Both the position numbers and the translations under genes were made by a program. Positions 13,202 through 21,392 of a DNA stretch of 32,000 bases are shown piece after piece. The DNA comes from Aquifex aeolicus VF5 (lineage in GTDB: Bacteria > Aquificota > Aquificia > Aquificales > Aquificaceae), in contig NC_000918.1 in NCBI RefSeq assembly GCF_000008625.1, positions 630,001 to 662,000 of the forward strand, given 5' to 3'. Numbering within the stretch: position 1 is the first letter of the stretch; each line of letters begins with the position of its first letter. The notes beneath the pieces were generated by a model, which ran no database searches, was not told the DNA's origin, and was given only the letters and a program-made list of their open reading frames with translations.

Positions 13202-13591
13202 ATGGAGGCAAAGGAGAAGAAGTACGGAGAAATTGAGATCGAAAAGGCACAGCTCGAGGCATGGCCGAATCCAAATCCCGAAAGGGATTACATGATAGAG
13301 ATAACATTTCCTGAATTTACGTGCCTGTGTCCGCGTTCAGGTTATCCAGACTTTGCAACGATAAAAATCCGCTACATTCCCGACAAGTACATAGTTGAGT
13401 TAAAGTCCTTAAAGCTCTGGCTCAATAAGTTCAGGAACAGGTACATATCCCACGAGGCGGCTACAAACGAGATATACCAAGCCCTTTACGACCTTCTTAA
13501 ACCCAGATTCTTGGAAGTTGTGGGAGACTTTCATCCGAGGGGTAATGTGCATACCGTTGTAAGGGTAAGGAGTGATGAGAATTACGGATAA
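13202..13591 (+). CDS. queF: NADPH-dependent 7-cyano-7-deazaguanine (preQ0) reductase
   Basis: 129 aa unimodular Que[15 protein letters not shown] catalytic Cys motif and the [11 protein letters not shown]...SHE region. Confidence 0.9.
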   Translation: MEAKEKKYGEIEIEKAQLEAWPNPNPERDYMIEITFPEFTCLCPRSGYPDFATIKIRYIPDKYIVELKSLKLWLNKFRNRYISHEAATNEIYQALYDLLKPRFLEVVGDFHPRGNVHTVVRVRSDENYG

Positions 13592-13683
13592 TGGCGGAGG
13601 GGGAGGGATTCGAACCCTCGGAGGGGTTTTAGCCCCTCTGCCGCTTAGCAAGCGGCCGCCTTCGGCCTCTCGGCCACCCCTCC
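13592..13683 (-). tRNA. tRNA-Ser (anticodon GCU), CCA encoded
   Basis: The reverse complement reads GGAGGGG TG GCC GAGAGGCCGAA GGC G GCCGC TTGCTAA GCGGC AGAGGGGCTAAAACCCCTCC GAGGG TTCGAAT CCCTC CCCCTCC G CCA. It has a perfect 7-bp acceptor stem, a long variable arm, a TTCGAAT T-loop and anticodon GCT. Confidence 0.9.
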
Positions 13684-13712
13684 TTTACAAAACTATTTAA
13701 ATAATTATATTC

Positions 13713-14294
13713 TCAAAACTTACCCTTTTCCAGCCTTTTTAAGGAGTAGTAATCCCCTATGCCGTACTTAAACCAGAGTTCCTCAAGGATTTTTATAAAG
13801 ATTTCTGCGGTAAGGGTTGCGTCCTTTAAAGCCCTGTGAACTCCGTTCGTCTCAAAACCGAAGTTCTCAGCTATTTCCTTTAAAGAGTACTTTTTAAGTC
13901 CCGGAAAAACTTTTCTCGCCAACTTCAGCGTGCAGAGAGACGGGTTTCTGAACTTTTTTCCCCTGTACTGTTTTGTGTACTTGTTTATGAACTTTATGTC
14001 CTGTTCTACGAAGTGTCCAACCACTATGTTATCACCCACGAATTCCAGAAATTCGGGCAGAACTTCTTCTATGGTGGGTTGTCCTACGAGCATGGCGTTT
14101 GTTATGCCCGTTAACTTCTTTATCCTCTCTGGAATGAAGTAACCTGGATAAACCAGAGTTGAGAACTTTTCAGTTATTATCCCTCCTTCAACGCGTACAG
14201 CGGCAAGGTCTATAACTTCAGACTTTTCAACGTCAAACCCGGTAGCCTCCAGGTCTATAACGACGAAAGTGCCATCAAGGAGATTGTCTCGCAT
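13713..14294 (-). CDS. DnaQ-like 3'-5' exonuclease (DNA polymerase III epsilon family), stand-alone
   Basis: Exo I FVVIDLEATG, Exo II VVGHFVEQDIKFI, Exo III HRALKDA. Start set at the MRDNLL ATG, 1 nt after the purS stop. An alternative upstream ATG lies at 14321. Confidence 0.8.
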   Translation of the reverse strand: MRDNLLDGTFVVIDLEATGFDVEKSEVIDLAAVRVEGGIITEKFSTLVYPGYFIPERIKKLTGITNAMLVGQPTIEEVLPEFLEFVGDNIVVGHFVEQDIKFINKYTKQYRGKKFRNPSLCTLKLARKVFPGLKKYSLKEIAENFGFETNGVHRALKDATLTAEIFIKILEELWFKYGIGDYYSLKRLEKGKF

Positions 14295-14295
14295 T

Positions 14296-14529
14296 TTAAG
14301 ACTTTTGGGAGAGCTCTTCAATCTCGTAATCCTCTATTAACGGGTTGATGAGGTACTTTTCTACAAGCTTTCTGAGATCGGTGTCTTCTGAAACTTCGAG
14401 TTCAACAACTTTTCCTACTCTCACGTTTGATACGTTAAAGCCGTTTTCCTTTAACATCTCCTCAACGGCTCTGCCCTGAGGGTCCAGAAGCCCCTCTTTC
14501 GGCATTATTATTACCCTTACGAGCTTCAT
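14296..14529 (-). CDS. purS: phosphoribosylformylglycinamidine synthase subunit PurS
   Basis: 77 aa. VIIMPKEGLLDPQGRAVEEMLKENGF is typical of PurS. Confidence 0.85.
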   Translation of the reverse strand: MKLVRVIIMPKEGLLDPQGRAVEEMLKENGFNVSNVRVGKVVELEVSEDTDLRKLVEKYLINPLIEDYEIEELSQKS

Positions 14530-14551
14530 AAAAACCTCCTTCCCTTAAATT

Positions 14552-15313
14552 TTAATCACATTCAAGAAGGATAAAACTTATGTTGTCCTTGCCATCCTGA
14601 TAGGCAAGCTCAAAGAGGCAGTTAGCTCTTAATTTTATGTCCTCTTTGGAAAGACAGGAAACCTTTTCCCTGAAAGAGAGAGCTTCCCAGAGACCATCCG
14701 AGCATATTAGGAAAGTGTCTCCTTTCTTTACTTCCTCTTCTCTGACGAACACCTCGGGAAGGTCAGGGTAACCTCCTAGGATCGCACTCTCGAGTATGTG
14801 CCTTTCGGGATGGAGTCTCAGTTCTTCGTAGGAAATCCTCCCTTCCTTGTAGTACTGAAAGAGGTAAGTGTGGTCCTCCGTCAGGAGTTCTAAATTTCCG
14901 TCTCTGAAGCGGTAAACTCTGCAGTCTCCCACGTTAAAAACAATTGCTCTATCTTTTGAGAGGTAAACACCCGCAAGGGCAGTTCCAAAGCCGTAGCAAA
15001 ACTCATTTCCTTCGTTTATATACTCGTCAAGTCTCTTTTTAGCTTTTAAAATTATCTCCTTGATATATTCGGGTTTCTCCGGTTTTTCTTCCTTTAATAC
15101 TTCCAGAACTAAACCGCTCGCCTTTTCACCGCACGCGTGTCCGCCGAGGCCGTCTGCCACCGCAAAGGGGGTGAATTCATAAACCTCAAACTCTTCAACC
15201 TGAGGTGTGTTCATAGACGTTTCCCTGAAGAGTTTTCCGTCTACGAGCAGGGCATCTTCGTTTTTGGGTCTTACCTTTCCCGTGTTCGTAATGTATGCGG
15301 TCCTTACCTTCAT
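14552..15313 (-). CDS. PP2C-family Ser/Thr protein phosphatase
   Basis: Motifs RPKNEDA, AVADGLGGH, and CSDGLW ... DNIS. The start ATG (15311-15313) overlaps the upstream ORF stop as ATGA. Confidence 0.85.
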   Translation of the reverse strand: MKVRTAYITNTGKVRPKNEDALLVDGKLFRETSMNTPQVEEFEVYEFTPFAVADGLGGHACGEKASGLVLEVLKEEKPEKPEYIKEIILKAKKRLDEYINEGNEFCYGFGTALAGVYLSKDRAIVFNVGDCRVYRFRDGNLELLTEDHTYLFQYYKEGRISYEELRLHPERHILESAILGGYPDLPEVFVREEEVKKGDTFLICSDGLWEALSFREKVSCLSKEDIKLRANCLFELAYQDGKDNISFILLECD

Positions 15314-15747
15314 TTTTCTTTGATGGCTTCCAAGAGGCACTCCCTCATTAAGTCCTCGGATGGCGTTCCTATGTCCCTTATGGTTTCAAAGTCCTTGTTA
15401 AAGCCCTCCTTTTCAAGCTTCTTCATGAGTATTTTGAACACGTTTTTGAGACCTTCTTTCATTGGGATGCCTTCTTTGAATATGTAAAGTTCGTCGTCCT
15501 CGTTGAAGAACTCTATACCGTATTCTTCAGGGTTTTCTATCTCAAAGTCAACGCCGAGGGCGTAAGCCTGACCGTGTTTTATGGCGTTCTCCTCGGGAAT
15601 GTAGTGTTCAGAAAAACAAGAGTACTTTACATCTTTGAAAAGGTTTTCATCCATCGGGGTAGCAACTATATATAAAGCCTCTTCCTGCTTAACTTCTCCT
15701 TTTTCGTTCACACCCGCAAGGGTAACTAAATAGCTCCAGGACTTCAT
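15310..15747 (-). CDS. hypothetical acidic protein (145 aa)
   Basis: Open frame from the MKSWSYL ATG; the upstream track start at 15783 is a TTG. Translationally coupled to the PP2C gene. No family recognised. Confidence 0.5.
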   Translation of the reverse strand: MKSWSYLVTLAGVNEKGEVKQEEALYIVATPMDENLFKDVKYSCFSEHYIPEENAIKHGQAYALGVDFEIENPEEYGIEFFNEDDELYIFKEGIPMKEGLKNVFKILMKKLEKEGFNKDFETIRDIGTPSEDLMRECLLEAIKEK

Positions 15748-15832
15748 AATAAGAATATTTAAACCTGCCCTGCGGTATTGCAAACTTTTTGCAGTTTAAC
15801 TATTTTTTAAAAGTAATCTTCAGGAGGAGGTC

Positions 15833-17737
15833 ATGAACGCGTTGAAAAACTTCTTTATATGGGCAATCATTATCGGAGCTGCGATAGTAGCCTTTAACCT
15901 ATTTGAAGGAAAAAGAGAATTTACCACGAAGGTTTCCTTAAACGAAGTAGTTAAGCTCGTTGAGGAAGGTAAGGTAAGTTACGCGGAGGTAAGGGGAAAC
16001 ACGGCGATAATTCAAACTAAAGACGGACAAAAACTGGAGGTGACTCTCCCACCTAACACGAACTTAGTTGACAAAATGGTTGAGAAAGGTGTAAGGGTTG
16101 AAGTTGCAAACCCAGAACCGCCCGGAGGGTGGCTCGTAAACGTATTCCTCTCATGGCTTCCAATACTCTTCTTTATCGGTATATGGATATTCCTCCTCAG
16201 GCAGATGTCGGGGGGTGGAAACGTAAACAGGGCCTTTAACTTCGGAAAGAGCAGGGCGAAGGTTTACATAGAGGAAAAACCGAAGGTAACTTTCAAGGAC
16301 GTTGCAGGAATAGAAGAAGTAAAGGAAGAAGTAAAGGAAATTATTGAATACCTGAAAGACCCCGTTAAGTTCCAGAAGCTCGGCGGAAGACCTCCCAAGG
16401 GAGTTCTCCTTTACGGTGAGCCAGGTGTGGGTAAAACGCTCCTTGCGAAAGCTATCGCGGGCGAGGCTCACGTTCCCTTCATCTCGGTCTCTGGTTCTGA
16501 CTTCGTTGAGATGTTCGTCGGTGTAGGAGCCGCACGGGTAAGGGACCTTTTTGAAACCGCAAAGAAGCACGCTCCCTGCATAATCTTTATAGACGAGATT
16601 GACGCGGTAGGAAGGGCAAGGGGAGCTATTCCCGTAGGCGGTGGACACGATGAGAGAGAACAAACCTTAAACCAGCTTCTCGTTGAAATGGACGGCTTTG
16701 ACACCTCAGACGGTATTATCGTAATCGCCGCAACCAACAGACCAGACATCTTAGACCCGGCTCTTTTAAGGCCCGGACGTTTTGACAGGCAGATATTTAT
16801 ACCCAAACCTGACGTAAGAGGTAGGTACGAAATACTCAAAGTTCATGCGAGGAACAAGAAACTCGCTAAGGACGTTGACCTTGAGTTTGTGGCGAGGGCA
16901 ACCCCGGGCTTTACGGGAGCGGACCTTGAAAACCTCCTAAACGAAGCGGCATTACTCGCGGCAAGGAAAGGTAAAGAAGAGATAACTATGGAAGAAATAG
17001 AAGAAGCCCTAGACAGGATTACTATGGGACTAGAAAGAAAGGGAATGACCATATCGCCAAAAGAAAAGGAGAAGATAGCTATACACGAAGCCGGACACGC
17101 CCTCATGGGACTCGTCTCCGATGACGATGACAAGGTTCACAAGATATCCATAATCCCGAGGGGTATGGCTCTGGGAGTAACGCAACAACTTCCCATAGAA
17201 GACAAGCATATATACGACAAAAAGGATCTCTACAACAAGATACTGGTGCTTCTGGGCGGAAGGGCTGCGGAAGAGGTATTCTTCGGAAAAGATGGAATCA
17301 CTACGGGAGCAGAAAATGACCTTCAGAGAGCAACGGACCTCGCTTACAGAATGGTTTCCATGTGGGGTATGAGCGATAAGGTCGGTCCGATAGCTATAAG
17401 GAGGGTGGCAAATCCCTTCCTCGGAGGAATGACCACAGCGGTAGACACAAGCCCTGACCTTTTAAGGGAAATAGACGAAGAGGTAAAGAGGATTATTACG
17501 GAACAGTATGAAAAGGCTAAAGCTATAGTGGAGGAATACAAAGAACCCTTGAAAGCCGTGGTCAAGAAGCTACTTGAGAAGGAAACGATAACCTGCGAGG
17601 AGTTCGTAGAAGTGTTCAAGCTCTACGGTATAGAGCTTAAAGACAAGTGTAAGAAAGAGGAACTCTTTGACAAAGACAGGAAATCTGAGGAAAATAAAGA
17701 ACTTAAATCTGAAGAAGTTAAGGAGGAGGTAGTCTGA
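15833..17737 (+). CDS. ftsH: ATP-dependent zinc metalloprotease FtsH
   Basis: 634 aa. N-terminal TM segments, Walker A GEPGVGKT, the second region of homology, and the zinc motif HEAGHAL. Confidence 0.95.
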   Translation: MNALKNFFIWAIIIGAAIVAFNLFEGKREFTTKVSLNEVVKLVEEGKVSYAEVRGNTAIIQTKDGQKLEVTLPPNTNLVDKMVEKGVRVEVANPEPPGGWLVNVFLSWLPILFFIGIWIFLLRQMSGGGNVNRAFNFGKSRAKVYIEEKPKVTFKDVAGIEEVKEEVKEIIEYLKDPVKFQKLGGRPPKGVLLYGEPGVGKTLLAKAIAGEAHVPFISVSGSDFVEMFVGVGAARVRDLFETAKKHAPCIIFIDEIDAVGRARGAIPVGGGHDEREQTLNQLLVEMDGFDTSDGIIVIAATNRPDILDPALLRPGRFDRQIFIPKPDVRGRYEILKVHARNKKLAKDVDLEFVARATPGFTGADLENLLNEAALLAARKGKEEITMEEIEEALDRITMGLERKGMTISPKEKEKIAIHEAGHALMGLVSDDDDKVHKISIIPRGMALGVTQQLPIEDKHIYDKKDLYNKILVLLGGRAAEEVFFGKDGITTGAENDLQRATDLAYRMVSMWGMSDKVGPIAIRRVANPFLGGMTTAVDTSPDLLREIDEEVKRIITEQYEKAKAIVEEYKEPLKAVVKKLLEKETITCEEFVEVFKLYGIELKDKCKKEELFDKDRKSEENKELKSEEVKEEVV

Positions 17738-19035
17738 TGGGAATGACTATAACCGAGAAGATTCTGGCGGAACACGCTGGTAAGAAGGAAGTCCACCCCG
17801 GAGAACTCATAACTGCAAAGATAGACCTCGCAATGGCAAACGATGTGACCGCACCCCTTGCCATAAAGATACTTGAGAAGTACGGAATAGATAAGGTCTT
17901 TGACCCTGAGAGGATAGCCCTTGTTCTCTCACACTTCGTTCCCGCAAAGGACATAAAGTCCGCTGAGCAGGCAAAGATAGTAAGAGAATTCGTAAAAAAG
18001 CACGGTATAAAGTGGTTCTTTGAAGAGGGAGAAGGTATAGAACACGCCATACTCCCCGAGCAAGGACTCGTCGTTCCCGGGGACCTCGTTGTAGGTGCGG
18101 ACTCCCACACCTGCACTTACGGAGCTCTCGGAGCCTTTGCAACGGGGGTCGGTTCCACCGATATAGCCTACGCTATGGCTACCGGAGAAGTTTGGCTCAG
18201 AGTTCCCGAAAGTATGAAGTTCATCTTCTACGGAAAACTAAAACCATGGGTGATGGGAAAGGACCTAATCCTCTACACGATAGGGCAAATAGGGGTTGAC
18301 GGAGCACTCTACAGGGCTATGGAATTTGACGGAGAGACCATAAGAAACCTTTCTATGGAACAGAGGTTTACTATAGCAAACATGGCGATAGAAGCGGGTG
18401 GAAAGAGCGGAATAATCTCTCCTGATGAAAAAACGATAGAATACGTAAAACAAAGGGCAAAGAGACCATGGAAAGTTTACCAGAGCGACCCTGACGCTGA
18501 GTACCACTCCGTTTACGAGTGGGACGCTTCTCAGATAGAACCCTTAGTAGCGTGGCCCTACCTACCTTCAAACGTGCATCCCGTTTCTGAATCCACCCAT
18601 ATAACGATAGACCAGGCATTTATAGGCTCCTGCACAAACGGAAGAATAGAGGACCTGAGAGTTGCAGCAAAGGTGTTTGAAGCTGCGCTAAAGCAAGGAA
18701 AGAAAGTTCACCCTTACGTGAGGTGCATAGTAATTCCCGCGTCCAAGGCTATATACAAGCAAGCTTTGAAAGAAGGACTCATAGATATCTTTATGGAAGC
18801 CGGTTGCGTGGTTTCTACTTCTACGTGCGGTCCCTGCCTTGGTGGACACATGGGAGTGCTTGCGGAAGGTGAAAGGTGTATATCCACATCTAACAGAAAC
18901 TTCCCCGGAAGGATGGGTCATCCTAAGAGCGAAAGCTACCTCGCAAACCCTGCCGTGGTCGCTGCGAGTGCAATAATGGGAAGAATTGCCCACCCCGACG
19001 AGGTGGTGAAAGCCGAAACCCTTGCGGGTGTTTAA
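17737..19035 (+). CDS. leuC: 3-isopropylmalate dehydratase large subunit (aconitase family, LeuC/HacA type)
   Basis: 432 aa. GADSHTCTYGA, IGSCTNGR and CGPCLGGHMG Fe-S ligand motifs. The ATG overlaps the ftsH TGA by 1 nt. Confidence 0.9.
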   Translation: MGMTITEKILAEHAGKKEVHPGELITAKIDLAMANDVTAPLAIKILEKYGIDKVFDPERIALVLSHFVPAKDIKSAEQAKIVREFVKKHGIKWFFEEGEGIEHAILPEQGLVVPGDLVVGADSHTCTYGALGAFATGVGSTDIAYAMATGEVWLRVPESMKFIFYGKLKPWVMGKDLILYTIGQIGVDGALYRAMEFDGETIRNLSMEQRFTIANMAIEAGGKSGIISPDEKTIEYVKQRAKRPWKVYQSDPDAEYHSVYEWDASQIEPLVAWPYLPSNVHPVSESTHITIDQAFIGSCTNGRIEDLRVAAKVFEAALKQGKKVHPYVRCIVIPASKAIYKQALKEGLIDIFMEAGCVVSTSTCGPCLGGHMGVLAEGERCISTSNRNFPGRMGHPKSESYLANPAVVAASAIMGRIAHPDEVVKAETLAGV

Positions 19036-19049
19036 TTCTTCTTTTCTTT

Positions 19050-19794
19050 ATGCCCGTAAAGTTAAAGGTTTACTTAAAACCTGAGAAACCTATAAAATCA
19101 AGCCTTCTCACACCTGAGGCGGTTCACGGTCTCTTTTTTAACCTCCTTTCGGAAGAATTCGCAGAAGAACTCCACAGACCTTCAAAGGTAAAGCCCTTTT
19201 TCCCTGTGGTTTCCTCAATTTTACGAAGAGGAAAAGGAACTTGATAAGTTCTATCTGGAAGTCTTATTTCTGCAAGAAAGTTTAATGCCCAAATTTTTAT
19301 CTTCCTTTTTACTTGAAAATAAAGAAATCCGTTTAAACGGTGTAAAACTGAAAAAAGTTTTAAGCCCGAAAGTGAGCGAGGAGAGTATTAAATCTTACGA
19401 AACCCTTTTTAATTAGGCAGGAGAGGAAAACACCGTGGTTATGGACTTCATATCACCGACGACGTTTAAAAAGGGCGATTTTGACCATCCCCTTCCTGAA
19501 CAGAAGTTCGTTTTTAAAAGCCTGATAAGAAAGTAGGTGAGGTTTTCCGATTTTCCCCTTGATGCAGATTTAAGGGAATTTATTGAGAAAAATATTTTCG
19601 TGTCTGGCGTATGGACAAAGACGAGGAAAGTTGAAACGGGACAAAATGCAAAACTCGTAGGCTTCACGGGAAGGGTAGTTTACTACGTGTGGATAAACGC
19701 CCTCTCTTCCTTTTCTGAGTTTGCCGGCGTAGGCAGAAAAACCACAATGGGTTTCGGAAAAACAAGAAAAGTTCCCCTCAAAAATTTAGAATGA
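19050..19794 (+). pseudogene. cas6: cas6 (CRISPR RAMP endoribonuclease) relic disrupted by one frameshift and two in-frame TAG codons
   Basis: The stitched translation is MPVKLKVYL...HGLFFNLL...ELH...KPF|SLWFPQFYEEE...SPTTFKKGDFDHPLPEQKFVFKSLIRK*VRFSD...GRVVYYV...FAGVGRKTTMGFGKT. It ends with the glycine-rich G-x-G-x-x-T-x-x-G-F-G Cas6 motif. Lesions sit at the T-run 19197-19201 and the TAG codons at 19414 and 19534. Confidence 0.75.
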
Positions 19795-19831
19795 TGTATA
19801 ATAAATTTACAGCCTTGCTGAGGGCTTTTTA

Positions 19832-20067
19832 GCTCCTTGGCAATTGAATAGGGTTTATGGGTCTTGATAAGTGATGCTTTGATGATGTGATGAAATGAAA
19901 TCATGATGTGATATGATTGAAGTGATTGAAAATCAAGGGTAAAAATTTTATAAAGGCATACTCAATTTTGCAGAACCTCGGGTTAGCGGAAATTAACATT
20001 CGTTTCATTAAGGTCAGAAGTCTAATAAGTTATTTATAAAGCGTTTTTTTAGACACAGGCGTGCAGG
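19832..20067 (+). repeat. CRISPR leader, copy A (AT-rich, about 236 nt)
   Basis: 19832-20070 aligns by eye to 23856-24094 with one mismatch (T19844 vs C23868). It lies directly upstream of a CRISPR-type repeat. Confidence 0.8.
19926..19954 (+). promoter_or_regulatory. predicted sigma70-type promoter inside leader A (TTGAAA-17 nt-TATAAA)
   Basis: -35 TTGAAA at 19926-19931, a 17-nt spacer, and -10 TATAAA at 19949-19954, about 110 nt upstream of the repeat. Confidence 0.4.
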
Positions 20068-20096
20068 GTTACGCCCTAATAATGAGGGATTGCGAC
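20068..20096 (+). CRISPR. solitary variant CRISPR repeat (array with zero spacers)
   Basis: GTTACGCCCTAATAATGAGGGATTGCGAC matches the terminal repeat of the 24.2-kb array at 26 of 29 positions. It immediately follows leader A. Confidence 0.65.
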
Positions 20097-20220
20097 TATA
20101 ATAATGTGGCTCTCTGCAATGATAACAAAAAGCGTTGAAATGCCCTAAGTAAATAAGAGGTTTTTCTTTCTCATTTCATAAACTTAATAAATAAACACTC
20201 ACTTATAATTAATATTTCCT

Positions 20221-20544
20221 ATGGCTAAGATAAAGCACCTTGAGGAAAAGTTCGGGGAAAAGCCTGTAAGTGAGCTCGTTTATGAAGATGAGAACGCAAA
20301 AGTAATCAGGTTTTACCTTAAGAAGGGACAGGAGATAAAGCCTCACACATCCCCTTCCAGCGTTTACATTACAGTTTTAAAAGGGAAAGTAACTTTCACA
20401 GCGGGAGAGGAAAAAATCAAAGGGGAGCAAGGTTCTACGATTTACTACGAGCCTAATGAACTCCACGGATTTGTGGCAGAAGAGGATAGCGTTCTGGAAG
20501 CTGTCATAACTCCAAAACCCGTGAGGAAAGTAAGCCTCAAATAA
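20221..20544 (+). CDS. cupin-domain protein (107 aa)
   Basis: Single cupin_2-like barrel with KPHTSPSS...VLKGKV...YYEPNELHGF (His-containing motifs 1 and 2). Confidence 0.7.
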   Translation: MAKIKHLEEKFGEKPVSELVYEDENAKVIRFYLKKGQEIKPHTSPSSVYITVLKGKVTFTAGEEKIKGEQGSTIYYEPNELHGFVAEEDSVLEAVITPKPVRKVSLK

Positions 20545-20616
20545 GAAATTCTTATATCCTTATAATGATAAGTAAGTGTTGATTTACTTTGATAAAGGTC
20601 ATAATATTAATATCAA

Positions 20617-21102
20617 ATGGGGAAGCAGGAGAAGGACTTAGGAACTGCTTGGGAGTATCAGGGTTGTCTTATTCCGAAAGATCTTTATTACGACATAGAA
20701 AATCAGGTCTGGGTAAGAGTAAACGAAGACGGAACGGTAACGCTCGGGCTCACGGACGTGGGACAGACCCGTGCCGGTAGACTACTCCATATAAGGGTAA
20801 AACCCGTAGGGACGAAAGTAAAGAAGGGAAAACCAGTTGCGACACTTGAAAGCGGGAAGTGGGCCGGACCCGTTCCCGCACTCGTGGAGGGCGAAATCGT
20901 TGAAGTAAACCCGAAAGTCGTGGAAGACCCGAACTACATAAACATTGACCCTTACGGAGATGCGTGGATCGTAAAGATTAAACCCACAAGCGAAGAAACG
21001 CTCAAGAGAGACCTCTCCGAACTTGCTCACGGTGAAAAAGCTCACGAAGAAATGAAAAAGCATATAGACGAGTGGGATATAGTTTGTATGAGGTGTGTGT
21101 GA
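20617..21102 (+). CDS. glycine-cleavage H-protein-like lipoyl-carrier family protein with a C-terminal CxxC tail
   Basis: The segment TLESGKWAGPVPALVEGEIVEVN...DPYGDAWIVKIKP aligns to canonical [21 protein letters not shown]...PYAGGWIFKIK. A roughly 30-aa extension ends in CMRCV. Confidence 0.8.
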   Translation: MGKQEKDLGTAWEYQGCLIPKDLYYDIENQVWVRVNEDGTVTLGLTDVGQTRAGRLLHIRVKPVGTKVKKGKPVATLESGKWAGPVPALVEGEIVEVNPKVVEDPNYINIDPYGDAWIVKIKPTSEETLKRDLSELAHGEKAHEEMKKHIDEWDIVCMRCV

Positions 21103-21365
21103 TGGGTGCGAAGGATAAACACGTTATTCTTCTGGTTTCTCAATGGTGTCCTACATGTCCTCATGCGGATGCCCTCTGGAAAAAACTTCAGGAAGAATAC
21201 GGCTTTAAGTATGAAGTTCTGGACATAGGTACTCCGGAGGGCAGGTACTGGGTCACAAAGCTAATGGTAAGGAGTGTTCCTTCCACGGTTATAGACGGTA
21301 AGCTTGCATTCGTGGGGGTGCCAAACGAAGCGGAAGCACGCAAAGCAATAGAGGAGGGGGTTTAA
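21102..21365 (+). CDS. small thioredoxin-fold protein (CPTC active site)
   Basis: 87 aa from the MGAKDKHVILL ATG, which overlaps the upstream TGA by 1 nt. WCPTCP redox motif and a cis-Pro-like SVPST. Confidence 0.7.
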   Translation: MGAKDKHVILLVSQWCPTCPHADALWKKLQEEYGFKYEVLDIGTPEGRYWVTKLMVRSVPSTVIDGKLAFVGVPNEAEARKAIEEGV

Positions 21366-21392
21366 CTTTATACCTTTTTATAATCTTTAAGT

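Noticed and set aside
13592-13712. tRNA-Ser as an integration site for a mobile element
   Set aside because: There is no integrase, no duplicated tRNA 3' segment and no compositional island on either side. The flanking genes are queF and a DnaQ-like gene.
19414-19536. Two in-frame TAG codons in cas6 as possible recoding (pyrrolysine or read-through)
   Set aside because: No pyl machinery is known to me in this lineage. The same gene also carries a frameshift. One of the TAG codons sits where Trp (TGG) is expected. Simple decay or sequencing error is more parsimonious.
19795-20220. AT-rich non-coding block as an IS element or transposon remnant
   Set aside because: There is no transposase-like frame and there are no terminal inverted repeats. 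The block is explained as a CRISPR leader plus repeat plus the cupin promoter region.
20589-20780. 63-aa R/G-rich ORF overlapping the start of the H-protein-like gene
   Set aside because: It is out of frame with a gene that has a clear family signature. It has no SD and an implausible composition.
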